This document shows, one piece after another, positions 17,803 to 28,950 of a stretch of DNA of 57,452 nucleotides. Positions within the stretch are counted from its first letter, which is position 1, and each line of letters begins with the position of its first letter. This DNA comes from a virus. Its lineage: Duplodnaviria; Caudoviricetes. The notes below the pieces were generated by a model that saw nothing but the letters and a program-made list of their open reading frames with translations, was not told the origin of the DNA and did not search any database. The stretch covers positions 1-57,452 of IMG/VR virus record IMGVR_UViG_3300048623_000040. One strand, given 5' to 3'. Both the position numbers and the translations under genes were made by a program.

Positions 17803-19446
17803 CTACCTCATCATGCCAAGTGCGCCGAGACCGCCGTCGCGCGGGCGCGGCAGGGCGGCAGTCGGCGGCGGTGGCGGCATCGGGATGCCACCGCTGCGCC
17901 CGAATGGGCCGCCTGCGGCAGGCGGCCTCGGTGGTGGAGGCAGGCCGCCCAACGCGCCGGGCGGGCCTTTCGGCATGTTGCGCGACTTCATTCCGCGCGC
18001 GACCGGGACGTCTCCGCCGACAGCGTACTCCTGACGCCGACGACGACTCAGGATGCCGCGCGGCTCGGTGATCGGGCCAAACGTCTGGCCGCCCATGGCG
18101 TAGCGCCTGATCTGGCCACCGCGCGCCGCCGTTGCCGGGGTACCGTAGTTCGACCAATTCGAGATTTCCTGATCGATGGTCTGTGGCGGCGGCGTGTTGT
18201 TGGAGCCCCCGAACTGGTTGCCCACCCAGTTGCCGAAATTCTGCAGGCCACCCGTGGTGTTGCCCTTGGCGTCGGTCGTGGCCCCCAGCGTGTTGACCGA
18301 CGAAAGCCCGCCCATGATCTGGCCGGGGAGCGACGGCGTGCTGGAGCTGGTGTTGTAGCCGCCCTGCGTCGAGGTGCTGTTGGTCGTCGTCGTCGTCGGT
18401 ATCTGCAGGCCGCGCTGCAGGTTGCTCAGGAAGCTGGCGTCGGTGTAGGGCTTCTGCTGTTCCTGCTGCCACTGCTGGAACTGCGCCGTCAGCGGGAGCT
18501 GGTTCTGCTGTTGCTGCTGGTTGCCTGCCTGCAACAGCGCGTTGGTGTTCATCAGGTTCAGGTTGCTGAGCGCACCCGCCTGCGTGCTGTAGGCGTTGCC
18601 GACATTGATGCCATTCTGGACCGCGCCCGACGTGATGGTGGCATTCCTCGAAGCAAGGTCGCCCAGCGCACTCATGTTCGTGTTGGCGGCGTTGGTCTGG
18701 GCAATACCGCCCGCCTGCTGACGAGATTCGTCGCTGGCGTAAATCGATGCGGCGTTCTTGTAGGCATCGTTCATCGCCGTGATCGAGTTGCCGCTCATCT
18801 CGTTGGACATGTCGCGCATGCCCCGGCCCACCATCTTCTGGTAGTTGCCGCGCCCAAGCTGGCCCTGACCCTTGACGAACTGCGAGTTCGCTCCCGGCAA
18901 GAACTTTTCTTCGAAGCCGCGCTGGGTCAGCTCGTTGGCACGCGCCAACGCACCCGAGTAGTCCTGCATGTAGGCATCACGATTGCCGGGATCGGTCCAC
19001 TTCCCCATCGACCCGGCGATGCCCTGCGCACCGGCCTCCCATGGCCGCACCGCGTTGCCCGCTGCGTCGAGATACGGCTGCGCCGTCTTCTGGGAGTCGT
19101 ATCCGGCAACCCGGTTGAGCGCGCCCGACGCCTGATCGAAGTACGGCTGGTACGCGCCCTGATAGCTCCTGATCTGATTGAACGCCTGATTCTGATCGCC
19201 CGTGAACGGAGCGAACATCTTGTTGACGTCGTAGGCCTCGTACGGCTTGTTGGCCGCTTCCGTGCCACGCTGCAGGACGTTCTGCGTGTACTGGTTGTAC
19301 CAGTCAGGATACTGGGTCTGCTGGGTCTGGTTCTGCACCGTGTTGCCGGAGCTGCTCGAACCCCCGCTGCCGCCGCCTTTGCCAGCCATGCTCATGACGG
19401 TTCCCGCCACAGAAGCAATCGCCGGTATTGCTGCCATCCAAGGCAT
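17803..19446 (-). CDS. DNA ejection (pilot-like) protein
   Basis: Hydrophobic N-terminus, then a GGGSGG linker and a Gln/Asn/Ala-rich body, as in podophage pilot proteins. Confidence 0.7.
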   Translation of the reverse strand: MPWMAAIPAIASVAGTVMSMAGKGGGSGGSSSSGNTVQNQTQQTQYPDWYNQYTQNVLQRGTEAANKPYEAYDVNKMFAPFTGDQNQAFNQIRSYQGAYQPYFDQASGALNRVAGYDSQKTAQPYLDAAGNAVRPWEAGAQGIAGSMGKWTDPGNRDAYMQDYSGALARANELTQRGFEEKFLPGANSQFVKGQGQLGRGNYQKMVGRGMRDMSNEMSGNSITAMNDAYKNAASIYASDESRQQAGGIAQTNAANTNMSALGDLASRNATITSGAVQNGINVGNAYSTQAGALSNLNLMNTNALLQAGNQQQQQNQLPLTAQFQQWQQEQQKPYTDASFLSNLQRGLQIPTTTTTNSTSTQGGYNTSSSTPSLPGQIMGGLSSVNTLGATTDAKGNTTGGLQNFGNWVGNQFGGSNNTPPPQTIDQEISNWSNYGTPATAARGGQIRRYAMGGQTFGPITEPRGILSRRRRQEYAVGGDVPVARGMKSRNMPKGPPGALGGLPPPPRPPAAGGPFGRSGGIPMPPPPPTAALPRPRDGGLGALGMMR

Positions 19447-19916
19447 CAGAGCACCTTCATCATGGTGTGAGCACCGGACTGCCAGCCGAGTCGTCCGAAG
19501 ACACGCACCCAGCCCTTGCGTCCGATGACACAGGTAAACTTGCAGCCCTGCTCACGCGCGTAGCGCGTGAACGACTCGTCGAACGGCTCCAGCCATTCGC
19601 GCATGCGCTCGCCGCCGATGGCGACAAGGTTGAGCGCCTTGGCACGCGAGCCACGCTCGATGCGGGTGATGAACGTCGCCAGTGGCTTGCGATCCTTTTC
19701 GATCACCCACAGCGTCGCCCGCTTGGCGACGATCTCGTGAAACATGTCGGCGGCGGTGACCAGCGAGTCCGACTGGTCGAACGCGCGGTCGAGCCAGTGG
19801 TGGACACGGCTCCACACCTCGATTGGGTGGTCGACCGGACGGATGACGATGGTGCCTTCAGGCAGCACGCGCCACGCCTCGGTCACCGGCATGAGCTCGT
19901 TATGGTGGGCCGTCAT
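19446..19916 (-). CDS. GNAT-fold-like tail assembly protein
   Basis: LVAIGGERMREW...YAREQGC....GRKGWVR pattern; usual position before ejection proteins. Confidence 0.6.
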   Translation of the reverse strand: MTAHHNELMPVTEAWRVLPEGTIVIRPVDHPIEVWSRVHHWLDRAFDQSDSLVTAADMFHEIVAKRATLWVIEKDRKPLATFITRIERGSRAKALNLVAIGGERMREWLEPFDESFTRYAREQGCKFTCVIGRKGWVRVFGRLGWQSGAHTMMKVL

Positions 19917-20731
19917 GACAGGTAGCTCTCAGGCTTGCGGGCGTTGGGGCTGAACTTGCCCTTGGCCAGTGCCTGACCCTTGTGCCTGCGCACGTTGGCC
20001 CGGAACTTGTCCATCTTGTCGGCCCCGGCATCCGGCGAGCCGTCGCCCAGCATCGACATCGTCTCGGCGTCGACCACGTACTCGTTGGGGCTGAGCCGGG
20101 CCTCGACCTTGTCGGAGCGCCCGTTCTGGCCATTGGGCGGCACGAAGCGGTTGTTGCCGCCCGATGAGAACACCGGGCTGCGGATCGGCAGACCGGGCGG
20201 CTCCTGCATGGCAATCAGGTCGGGGTAGCCGCCGCGCGCGAGGCCCGGAGGGGCTCCCATGGCCTCTTCTGGGCCGGCTGGAGGCATCTCAGCGCCGGAG
20301 GGTCCGGCCTGTGCCATCAGGCCCCTGATCTGGCTGGTCGGGTCGCCGCCGCCCATGCCGCCCATGAGCTGCGAGGCGATACCCTGCATCGCCTGCTCGG
20401 CCCCCAGCTTCATTGCCTGCTGGAGAGCCTGCTCGTGCTCCCGGCGCTCCTTCTCCTTGGTCTCGCCGGAGATCAGGCCGAGGACGCGGTTGATCAGGCC
20501 CTCGTTGGCCGGTCGTTCCGGCTTGGGCGCGGGTCCTGCGGGGACAGGCGGCCCACCGGGCATGGCGGCCGGTGGCGGGCCTCCGGGCGGAAACGGGCCT
20601 GCAGGCATGGCGGCAGGCGGCGGGCCTCCAGCAGCCCCCGGAGGGCCTGCAGAGGGCATCGGAGCTGGCGGTGGCGGTGGAGATGCGGCCTGTGACAAAG
20701 CCCCCTGTGGAGGGGGAGGAAATGGTGGCAT
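19913..20731 (-). CDS. Pro-rich virion-associated protein
   Basis: C-terminal GRSDKVEARLSPNEYVVDAETMSMLGDGSPDAGA module. Confidence 0.65.
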   Translation of the reverse strand: MPPFPPPPQGALSQAASPPPPPAPMPSAGPPGAAGGPPPAAMPAGPFPPGGPPPAAMPGGPPVPAGPAPKPERPANEGLINRVLGLISGETKEKERREHEQALQQAMKLGAEQAMQGIASQLMGGMGGGDPTSQIRGLMAQAGPSGAEMPPAGPEEAMGAPPGLARGGYPDLIAMQEPPGLPIRSPVFSSGGNNRFVPPNGQNGRSDKVEARLSPNEYVVDAETMSMLGDGSPDAGADKMDKFRANVRRHKGQALAKGKFSPNARKPESYLS

Positions 20732-20834
20732 GACGAAACGACCCCCGCTTGCAGTCGATCCGCCGCCTCAAAGCCACCGATGAGCGTGGCCTACCAGTAG
20801 CTGACAGAAGATCGACAGATTACACCCGCAATGC

Positions 20835-21113
20835 TCACAGCAACAAGCTGGCGCGCAGGGCGTAGACCCAGTCGCGCCAATCATCGAAATCCCCCTGATA
20901 GGGCGTGTCCGGCACATGCAGCGCCAGCCGGTCGGCGAACTCGCGCCAGTCGTCGTTGACGTTGACCAGATTCGGCAGGCCGAGTCGTCCGTTCATGCCA
21001 ACCATGCTGTCGACCCAGTCCTGCCATTCCATGGCTCGGGGATCGGGCACCGTCCGGTGGATTTGGCGCGGGAAGGCCGGGCTGAGCCGGGGCGTGGCTT
21101 TGAGGACAGACAT
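20835..21113 (-). CDS. Trp-rich hypothetical protein
   Basis: Coupled to the upstream gene; PDPRAMEWQDW...WRDW. Confidence 0.65.
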   Translation of the reverse strand: MSVLKATPRLSPAFPRQIHRTVPDPRAMEWQDWVDSMVGMNGRLGLPNLVNVNDDWREFADRLALHVPDTPYQGDFDDWRDWVYALRASLLL

Positions 21114-22903
21114 CAGTCCTCCCGCCGCGCGTCACCGGGTTGCCAGTGAATGAGCGGCGCGCCCGTGACGTAGTTGCCGCCCAGCCAGTTGCTCTCGATG
21201 CGAAAGCTGTTGAGTCGTCCGGTGTGCTTGAACCTGATGAGCTGCTCGGCGGGCTTACAGGGCGCGGGTACGATGGTGTACGGCCCGCTGATCCGCTCAT
21301 GCGCGCGGGCGTTGGCCCGGCTGACGATGGTGAACTCCAGCGGGCCTGTCTGACTGAAGTCCGGCTCCATCACCGAGAGAGATTGTCCCTGATCGGCCCC
21401 CAGAGTGCCGGGTTGCTGGGGCATGACCATGCTGAACTCGCCGGTCTGGAAATAGGACCGGATGGCGCGCGGGATCGATACCGCGCCGCTCACCTCATCG
21501 TACTCGAACTCGTGCCGCCACATGCTGGTGCCGCCAGCCGTGTCTTCGTTGGGCACAATTCCGGCCATGATCGGGTGGTGGTAGACGAACTCGTAGTGGC
21601 CCGCCGAACGCCCGCCATTGGGCAGCACGGTGTCGTACCACTTTTTTTCCGCCCAGTTGTAGATGACGGCGTGCGTGCATTCGGTCGCGTTGCCGAAAGG
21701 GAAGCACCACCAGATTTCACTCCAGCGCGGAATCTTGAAGGCGAACACCTTCTGGCGTTCCTCCCAGTTCAGGTTGTCGAGAAACCACTGCCTGTTGTCG
21801 ATGTTGGGCATCTCCCGCACCACGCCGTTGAACAGCGTGAAGCCGCTGGTAGTCGCCCAGTAGTAGATGCCCTCGTGCTCGACGAACCCGTTCGACGACA
21901 GGACAGAAGAGTTTGTCGTGACGGTAGTAAAGTCCCAGTAGGCAGGCTGGCCGACGAACGAGCCGATGATCACGCTGCCGAGCGACCACATAATGATCGC
22001 CGGACCCGACTGGCCGCGCAGCGGCATGGCCCGAACGATCTTGTCGCCCACCGGACGTGCATCGCCGGTTCCCTCGCTCTCGAAGTCGGTCGGACTGGCC
22101 GTCGAACTCCACCTGACAATGCCGTCGTGGCCGTAGAGGAACAGGTACGGCGGCACGGCACAGCAGCCACCCGAGGCGCGCACCTGATGGGCCGTCATGG
22201 CAGTTGCCGCGACAGTCTGCGAGATGCTGACCTCGTAGGTGCCATTGCCACCCGTGCCGGTGTAGGGCGCAATCGGAGCCATCGCCACGATCACCGTGCC
22301 GGGAGCCGCGCCGTAGATCGTGTCGCCCTCGACCAAGGTCGTGTTCGTCGCGCCCGTTATCGTCAGAGTCGTTCCGCTGATCGCCCCGGTGAACAGCACG
22401 CCATCGGGGATTGGCGTCAGGGGCTCGACGCCGATGATGTCGCCGTAATAGACCGGGTGCTCCGACGACGTGGTGATCGATGTTGCGCTCGGCGTTCCCG
22501 AGGCAAAGATCATCGTTGTGTCAGTCGGGATATCGAACAACTGGCTGAACTGCCAGTTGAACTCGGGGTTGGTGGGGTACCCAGCCGGTGTGCGCGTCAA
22601 CAGGCCGGTATTCGCCCCTGACGTGATGTCGATGGCGTAGCGCTGGATGGCGTTGCCAGTGGCGAGATGGACGTAGCTGTAGCCGTCGTTGCTGAACACG
22701 TCGATGGCGCGAACGACTCCGTTGACGCCACGAAGCTGCTCGACGTAGCCGCCCATCTTGCGTGGCACACCCTGATACCAGCGGCACCACAGCGCATCGA
22801 TGTAGCTCTTCTGCGCCGCGCGCGTGCCGTCACGGCCAACTCCCGCCTGTGACAGCATGAGCTGCGGTCGCGAAGAGGAGACCTGTCGAGGTTCCTGCGC
22901 CAT
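21113..22903 (-). CDS. Tail nozzle / packaged-DNA stabilisation protein (P22 gp10 / tubular protein B-like)
   Basis: RWYQGVPRKMGG N-terminus, VRWS, EIWWCFP...CTHAVIYN; beta-propeller-like composition and position. Confidence 0.75.
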   Translation of the reverse strand: MAQEPRQVSSSRPQLMLSQAGVGRDGTRAAQKSYIDALWCRWYQGVPRKMGGYVEQLRGVNGVVRAIDVFSNDGYSYVHLATGNAIQRYAIDITSGANTGLLTRTPAGYPTNPEFNWQFSQLFDIPTDTTMIFASGTPSATSITTSSEHPVYYGDIIGVEPLTPIPDGVLFTGAISGTTLTITGATNTTLVEGDTIYGAAPGTVIVAMAPIAPYTGTGGNGTYEVSISQTVAATAMTAHQVRASGGCCAVPPYLFLYGHDGIVRWSSTASPTDFESEGTGDARPVGDKIVRAMPLRGQSGPAIIMWSLGSVIIGSFVGQPAYWDFTTVTTNSSVLSSNGFVEHEGIYYWATTSGFTLFNGVVREMPNIDNRQWFLDNLNWEERQKVFAFKIPRWSEIWWCFPFGNATECTHAVIYNWAEKKWYDTVLPNGGRSAGHYEFVYHHPIMAGIVPNEDTAGGTSMWRHEFEYDEVSGAVSIPRAIRSYFQTGEFSMVMPQQPGTLGADQGQSLSVMEPDFSQTGPLEFTIVSRANARAHERISGPYTIVPAPCKPAEQLIRFKHTGRLNSFRIESNWLGGNYVTGAPLIHWQPGDARRED

Positions 22904-22907
22904 CGTC

Positions 22908-25172
22908 TCAGGTCTTGATGATGTGGCGGACGATCAGGGTCGGCGGGGCGTTCTGGTGAAACCCGCTGCTGCCATTATTCTGCAGGCTGATGCCCGAACC
23001 GCCGCCCGAGTCGATGTTGTTCTGGATGCTGATGCCAGCGCCATCCAATGTCGTTCTGTCGGAGACGTAATCGAGCCACGACGACCCACCCGCATAATTG
23101 CCGTAGCCGGTGCCATCACCGGGGCGGGCCGGATTGACCCACGTAACGCCGTCCTGTGCGGTCAGGTGGTGGCGGTGGCCGTTATCGGTGATACCGTGAC
23201 TATGGCCCGTGTCGCTGACGGTGTGGGCGTGCGCGGGCATCTCGGTCGTCGTCAACTGCACGGAAGGCGTGCCGCCCTTGCCCCCCAAGGTCTTGGCCTG
23301 CGGGAAATATGTCGAGTTGAACAGGACATTGAGGTCGCCGTCCATGCCCGCCATCACACGCCCGCGCGTATCGGGCAGGGTGAAGGTGCCAGTGGCATGC
23401 GCCGGATTGGCCGGATCGGTGCCACCTGTTGCCGCGCCGTAGGTGATGCCGATGGCCTTCCACAGATTGGCGTACAGCGTCTTGTCGACCACCGTGCCGT
23501 CGCACAGCAACCACGTCCTGAAACCAGTCGTCGTATTGGCGATTGGCGGCAAGGTATTCCCGGCATACGGGATCATGGTGCTGGTCGGCACGAGGAAGGA
23601 GAACAGGGCGTCGAGATCGAGGATGTTCGCGCTGGTGATGGAGATGTCGACGTTCGCCGCCTCGCGCGCGCGACCCCGATCATCGAGCCGAATTACAGGA
23701 ACCTTGGTGACAGGTATGGGCACCGAGAAAGCCTGTATCGCAGTGCTGGCGGCTGTCTGCGATATGCTGACGGTGTAGGTGCCCACTCCGCCCGTACCGG
23801 TACCCAACGCACTGATGTACGTGTCAGCAGCAATGCCGGTGCCCGTGATCCGCTGGTTGATCGCCAGCGTGCCGCTGGTCACCGCTGTCACGGTGAGGAC
23901 TGTCAGGGCAATCGACCCGGTGACCGTGGCCAGAAGAACCGGCTGCGGTACGCCACCGTAGTAGCCCGGCGAAAGACCCGCGATGGTCGACAGATCAATG
24001 CTGCCCGCCGAGGTGATGCCACCCGGTGTCGGCGGGCTGGTCACGATCTGATCGGCTGTTCCCTCGATCTTCGTTACCGTGCCGCTGGTCGCACTGAAGG
24101 CGACATCGAGTGCGCCGCCGTTGCTGCGCAGGATCGAGAAGTTGCTGGGGTTGACGATGCTGATCGTCGAGTCAGTTGTCGCACCCTTGAACTGCAGCGG
24201 GATCGTCGTGCCGTTGTAGACGAACCAGTAGCCGTCACCCGGACCATAGATGATGGTGCGCGGCGCGGTCGGCGCTCCCGTGTAGTTCTGGACCTGCGCG
24301 GCAACCTGCGTCGCATTGAGCGTAAGGTCGCCGGTCCCTGACGCATCGATGTTGATAGCCGTCACGTTCGAGCTGACGAGTCGTCCATAGCCCATCGTGG
24401 CGAAGCCGCCACCATAGCAGTAGACGGCGCACGATTCGCCGGGGCTCAGGGTCTTGCTGGCAGCATTGTCGATCAGCTCGGGCGGGGTCGGCGTCAGAAT
24501 GACGTTGCCGCCGCCCGCATTGATCTCGATGACGAACCAGCCATTGCCTGTCGCCGAAATATTCGGCGGACCCAACGTCGCTGACAAAGGGAACGTGTGG
24601 ATGGACTCGCCGCCTGTATTGCGGAACACCTGCGCCCGGTCGGTGAAGGCGAAGGTGTAGTTGCCGCTGCTGTAGCTCGACTTCAGGAAATTCTGATCGA
24701 GTCGTCCAACATCGGTAGAACGCAGGCCATATCCGGCAAGACCGCTGGCGTTGGCGACCGACGTCGCCGCGCCCATCTGGACGGCTCGCCAGACACCTGC
24801 CGGGGTCGAGTTATCGACCAGATAGATGTACCACTGCGCGCCGGGCGCGCCGGGCGCGGTGCTCAGCGGTGGAATGGAAACGACAGGAGCGCCGTTGTAA
24901 TCGCGAACCGAGACCGACTGCGCACCAATGTTATTGAACAGGATGTCTTCGCCAACGCTGACCAAGGTCGCGTCGGGCAGGATCAACGACCGCCCACCGG
25001 CCGACGACTTGACGTCGATTTTGTCGGCAGCGACGTGACTGCCGTCCAGTGCCTCGAAAGGCCATTGCAGGCTGACCTCGGCGAGACCAAGCGCATCGAA
25101 GTCGTAGTACTTGTAGCTCAGATCGGCAGGATTGATGTTCTCGCCGCCGAAGACGTTGGTATAGGTGTTCAC
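22908..25172 (-). CDS. Tail fibre/baseplate-like protein with C-terminal tail-collar domain
   Basis: IPYAG...WLLCDG...Y.NLW.AIG.TYG...[10 protein letters not shown]; probable GTG start. Confidence 0.75.
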   Translation of the reverse strand: MNTYTNVFGGENINPADLSYKYYDFDALGLAEVSLQWPFEALDGSHVAADKIDVKSSAGGRSLILPDATLVSVGEDILFNNIGAQSVSVRDYNGAPVVSIPPLSTAPGAPGAQWYIYLVDNSTPAGVWRAVQMGAATSVANASGLAGYGLRSTDVGRLDQNFLKSSYSSGNYTFAFTDRAQVFRNTGGESIHTFPLSATLGPPNISATGNGWFVIEINAGGGNVILTPTPPELIDNAASKTLSPGESCAVYCYGGGFATMGYGRLVSSNVTAINIDASGTGDLTLNATQVAAQVQNYTGAPTAPRTIIYGPGDGYWFVYNGTTIPLQFKGATTDSTISIVNPSNFSILRSNGGALDVAFSATSGTVTKIEGTADQIVTSPPTPGGITSAGSIDLSTIAGLSPGYYGGVPQPVLLATVTGSIALTVLTVTAVTSGTLAINQRITGTGIAADTYISALGTGTGGVGTYTVSISQTAASTAIQAFSVPIPVTKVPVIRLDDRGRAREAANVDISITSANILDLDALFSFLVPTSTMIPYAGNTLPPIANTTTGFRTWLLCDGTVVDKTLYANLWKAIGITYGAATGGTDPANPAHATGTFTLPDTRGRVMAGMDGDLNVLFNSTYFPQAKTLGGKGGTPSVQLTTTEMPAHAHTVSDTGHSHGITDNGHRHHLTAQDGVTWVNPARPGDGTGYGNYAGGSSWLDYVSDRTTLDGAGISIQNNIDSGGGSGISLQNNGSSGFHQNAPPTLIVRHIIKT

Positions 25173-25831
25173 GACGTGCTCCTGAGCTGGGCGCGGTCGG
25201 TGGCCTTGGCCATGTCCTGCGTGTTCACAGCGGCAAATTCTTCAGCGGCCAGTGCCTGCCAGATGCCCATGCGCTGGTCGTTCTTGATGAACGGCTCCAG
25301 CGCCTTCAGGCACTCGTACAGCAGCATGTTGGGCACGAACTGCGTCAGGTAGTTCTGCTGATTGCTTTCCCCGAGAAGGTCTGGAAGCCGATAGACGACG
25401 GCCTCGAAGGGATAATTGTTGTCCGGGGTTGGTCCAAAGAGCCAGTGCTCCTGATCGTAGTCACAATAGAAGACAGGCGTGTCGAGGTAGGTATCGTTGG
25501 GATAGAGCGCACGAATATATTCGTAGCCCCGCGAGCGGAGTGTCCGGCGATTATTTTTTTGGGGACCGGTGCCGATATTGATCGAGACGGTGTTACGCCA
25601 TCCTTCAGGTTTTTGAATAACGGGTTGGGCCTGCGATACCGTGGCTGTAAGAACATAGCGATACCCCTGAATCTTCAGCCGGTCAGCGAGTGAGCGCTCG
25701 GCGCGATTGATGAGGAACGGCATCTGGTAATCGACCGACTCGTCACTGCCGCCGCCGCGCTCGGTGTACTGGCGCAGCGTCTTGACGAGATTGTCGAAAT
25801 TCATCCCGGTCGGGGCAGGAGGGGTGGCCAT
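25169..25831 (-). CDS. Head-tail adaptor / tail tubular protein A-like
   Basis: [10 protein letters not shown]...FGPTPD.NY...[16 protein letters not shown] pattern; position. Confidence 0.65.
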   Translation of the reverse strand: MATPPAPTGMNFDNLVKTLRQYTERGGGSDESVDYQMPFLINRAERSLADRLKIQGYRYVLTATVSQAQPVIQKPEGWRNTVSINIGTGPQKNNRRTLRSRGYEYIRALYPNDTYLDTPVFYCDYDQEHWLFGPTPDNNYPFEAVVYRLPDLLGESNQQNYLTQFVPNMLLYECLKALEPFIKNDQRMGIWQALAAEEFAAVNTQDMAKATDRAQLRSTS

Positions 25832-26121
25832 CAGCCGTCTCTCAACCACATGTCAGCCGTATCAAACGTCGGAGGCTCCAGCGGCTGGTCAGGCCGATAG
25901 AACGGCAAAGTGATCGGGTCAGGCCGACGAGTCGCCATACGGTAGGGATCGTACTTGTCGAGGCATCCCTCGGCCGGGTCTCGACACACCTTGAGACCTG
26001 ATGCGTTGCCGTCTGACATCAACTCGGTCAGCGAGCGCTTGGTATTGCACCTGTCGCAGGTGCCGATGCCCAAGGTGCTGGCACCGCGTGTGTCGAGGAA
26101 TTTGGCGGTACTCCCACTCAT
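25831..26121 (-). CDS. Small Cys-rich protein (CDRC...LKVC...CLD)
   Basis: Putative Zn-binding motif; lies between adaptor genes. Confidence 0.65.
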   Translation of the reverse strand: MSGSTAKFLDTRGASTLGIGTCDRCNTKRSLTELMSDGNASGLKVCRDPAEGCLDKYDPYRMATRRPDPITLPFYRPDQPLEPPTFDTADMWLRDG

Positions 26122-26130
26122 CGACGACTC

Positions 26131-27219
26131 CTATGCGGTGTAAGAATCCAAGCCCATGTCGTAGTTGGTCGGGCTGTCATCCCGCTCCTCCGCAACCGCC
26201 AATGCAAGCGCCTCCATCTCCTCGGCCTTCAGCATAGAGTAGCGACTCATGTCGGCCTCGGGCAGCGATCTGCACAGTCGACGCGCCAGCTCGGCGGTAA
26301 TGGCATCGTACCAGCGACGCGGCACATCGAGCGCCTGCGTCGGCTCGGACACCGTGTCGAGATACTCCTGCGCCCAGCAGATGATCTGATCGAACTTTGC
26401 CGAGGCATCGGGCACCGGCCAGACCAGCAGGTAGGGCGCATCAAGGTTGCGCTGCTGATAGTAATTGACGACTCGTCCGGGGGCCGTCTTGTTGGGCATC
26501 GAGTTGTAATCATCGAGGTTCCACGGCTCGATGTTGATCTCGCTCGGGGTATGACCGAAGAAGACCTCCTGCACGTCCATCGTCACCGGTAGCTGGACTG
26601 GACCTATCGGCACCGAGGCGCGTATCCGCCAGCCCTTGCTGCTCGGTGCGCCATCAATGTCGGTCCACACCCACTGACCAACGCGGGTCACGCCCGTGAC
26701 GCCTTCGATGGCGATCCATGTCAGGCCATCGTCGTGCAGATATTCGAGGAAGTAGCTCAGCTCCATGGAAATGTTGAACTTGACGCCCAACGTCGTGACC
26801 TGAACGCCCTGATCGAACAGCATGCCAATCTTGCCGTTGGTCCGCGTCTGGTTGCACGAGGTGTTGAAGTCGCCGTCAAAAGCCAAGGCCGGATCGCCAG
26901 CCGCTTCATCGACGAAGGGCGTGCCGTGAGCCGCCCGCATCAGGCTGCGCCGCGTCACCTTGCTGGCGACGTTGACGCCTTCCGGCAAATTGATGCGCCG
27001 CTCGTTTTCATAGCACGGCAGGATCATGCGCTGGCGCTTCCAGAGCTGGATGCCGCGATTGAGCATCGCCGGAAACATCATGTTGAGCTGATCGAGAGAC
27101 TTCTCGATGATCTCCGACGTGAGCTGTGTCTGGTTGATACCGCAACGACTCGTCGCCTCCTCGATCAGCTCGCGGGCCGTGAAGGGACGCAATTGACCCG
27201 AAGTGCTGGCCGAGGTCAT
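26131..27219 (-). CDS. Head-tail connector protein (P22 gp4-like, with inserted beta domain)
   Basis: LIEEA..RCG...NRGIQLW...VWPVPD...RWYDAITAELA. Confidence 0.65.
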   Translation of the reverse strand: MTSASTSGQLRPFTARELIEEATSRCGINQTQLTSEIIEKSLDQLNMMFPAMLNRGIQLWKRQRMILPCYENERRINLPEGVNVASKVTRRSLMRAAHGTPFVDEAAGDPALAFDGDFNTSCNQTRTNGKIGMLFDQGVQVTTLGVKFNISMELSYFLEYLHDDGLTWIAIEGVTGVTRVGQWVWTDIDGAPSSKGWRIRASVPIGPVQLPVTMDVQEVFFGHTPSEINIEPWNLDDYNSMPNKTAPGRVVNYYQQRNLDAPYLLVWPVPDASAKFDQIICWAQEYLDTVSEPTQALDVPRRWYDAITAELARRLCRSLPEADMSRYSMLKAEEMEALALAVAEERDDSPTNYDMGLDSYTA

Positions 27220-27231
27220 GGACGACTCCCG

Positions 27232-27891
27232 TTAGCGCGCCTTCGCCACAAAGTAGTTGTCAATCAGCAGGGTGCGGATCGCCGCGCTCTGATTGCGGAC
27301 CGCGAAGACAAGACCCAACGGCGAGCTGCCCAGCGTGAGCGCCGTCGGGTAAGTGGCAACCCGCACCGCCCCATTGCCGACATAACCGCGCAGCGCGCCG
27401 TCATCGGCGGTGTAGGCGATCACCAGATCGTACCAAGTGGTGCTGGCGACGACCGGCAAATCGACATTGTAGGTGTTGGTCCCGGCAACGCGCACGGTGA
27501 TCTGCCCGGTATCGGTCCCGGTCAGCTTGCGGAAATAGATGCCGTTGGTCGGCGGCGTGGTCAGGGGCACACCGGTCGCCGACGACAGGCCGAAGAAAAA
27601 TCCGCCGTTGACCACGTCGTCCAACTGTACCCGCGCGGCCACAAACAAGTCCTTGGTAATATCAGGTGTGATCGTGAGGTTGGGTGCACCGAACGCCATC
27701 GACTGCTCGGTGTTGATGGTCCCCGACGTAGACAACGCGATCACGCCGCCGTCCGCTCCCGCAGAATGCGCCGCCGCTCCCGCGCCGGTCAGTGTCCAAT
27801 TGGCAGCGGTGAACCCGTGAAAATCGTCGGACATCATGCTGTAGACTAGCGGAGCGCCCAACGGAAACCGCGCGATGTCAGATTTCAACAT
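27232..27891 (-). CDS. Putative virion beta-sandwich (lectin-like) protein
   Basis: DDFH...W...IDNYFVAK pattern, directly downstream of the capsid gene. Confidence 0.55.
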   Translation of the reverse strand: MLKSDIARFPLGAPLVYSMMSDDFHGFTAANWTLTGAGAAAHSAGADGGVIALSTSGTINTEQSMAFGAPNLTITPDITKDLFVAARVQLDDVVNGGFFFGLSSATGVPLTTPPTNGIYFRKLTGTDTGQITVRVAGTNTYNVDLPVVASTTWYDLVIAYTADDGALRGYVGNGAVRVATYPTALTLGSSPLGLVFAVRNQSAAIRTLLIDNYFVAKAR

Positions 27892-27916
27892 GGCGTTCGT
27901 CTTTCAGTAAAAGGGT

Positions 27917-27963
27917 GCGGCACGGCAAACCGGGCGACTGCTAGACCCGGCCCACCGTGCCGC
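27917..27963 (-). terminator. Stem-loop after the major capsid gene (terminator/attenuator)
   Basis: GCGGCACGG...CCGTGCCGC with inner CCGGG/CCCGG, followed on the minus strand by ACCCTTTT. Confidence 0.55.
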
Positions 27964-28000
27964 TGTTCGCGCGACGAGAGGTTCTACCGCGCAGAACGCT

Positions 28001-28927
28001 TCACGCTCCGGGTGTCCCGTAGAGGGTCCGCGAGTTTGTCCAGCTCGCGTCCCAACGACTCGTGACCTTGTAGCGCATGCTGTCGGTCTCGAAGTCGCCC
28101 TCCATGCTCTTCTGGGCCATCCGGCGGGTGAGGAACTGCAGGCCCATCCGCTCGTCAGTATGAATCCACCACGCCGTCGGCGAGGTGAGCCGGGTGATGA
28201 CGCAAAAACCCTTTGGCAAGATTTTCAGCGACATGATCGGGTTGATGTCGTTGGCGGCGAACGAACCGCCCGTGCGCAGTGCCGACTTGGTGATCACCTC
28301 GGCCTGAAACTCGTTGTCGGGCGAGACGACGAGGCATTCCGGGTTGATGCGAACCTTCTTCTGGTCGTTGTCGACCGACTTCCTGATCTGGATCAGCATC
28401 GCTTCGACGCTGGTCTGCGACAGGGCCGCCGGGGTCGGCAACACATTGGAGAAGGTCCCGCCAACGATGGGATGCGCGCTGTTGATCAGCGACACGCCGT
28501 CACCGCCCAGATAGGGCGCTGAGTTGGTGAAGCTGAAGTTCAGCACGTTGGCGGTGTAGGTCTCCTCGGTCTCGACCATCGCCTGACCAAGCTGCTCGGA
28601 ATAGATTTTTCCGAGGTTGATGTGATCGCCGTCTTCGACGAGCACCTTCGTCATGGCGAACGCCGCGCCGTACTGCCGGTACACGTAGCGCTTGTTAAAT
28701 AACACGCCACCCTGCTTGTACTGCACGCCTGTTCCGTCGGGCATCTGCGGCGCAGACCCCAGACCGAACATGACCGGCTCCTCGTGATAGGCACGCGGCG
28801 TACCGGGCTTGGTCGTGAAGATTTGTTTGTACTCATCCTTTCGCTGCGTATACACGCCGTCGAAATGATCGTTCATGATCGGTTCAACAATCACCCTGAA
28901 CTGGGTGCTATTCATCGGGACAGCCAT
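28001..28927 (-). CDS. Major capsid protein
   Basis: 308 aa; AYHEEPVMFGLG.AP...LVEDG...LVVSP.NE..AE...DFETDSMRYKVT.R pattern; follows scaffold/cement genes; AGGAG SD. Confidence 0.85.
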   Translation of the reverse strand: MAVPMNSTQFRVIVEPIMNDHFDGVYTQRKDEYKQIFTTKPGTPRAYHEEPVMFGLGSAPQMPDGTGVQYKQGGVLFNKRYVYRQYGAAFAMTKVLVEDGDHINLGKIYSEQLGQAMVETEETYTANVLNFSFTNSAPYLGGDGVSLINSAHPIVGGTFSNVLPTPAALSQTSVEAMLIQIRKSVDNDQKKVRINPECLVVSPDNEFQAEVITKSALRTGGSFAANDINPIMSLKILPKGFCVITRLTSPTAWWIHTDERMGLQFLTRRMAQKSMEGDFETDSMRYKVTSRWDASWTNSRTLYGTPGA

Positions 28928-28950
28928 CGGACTCTCCTACCCTTCTGGCG

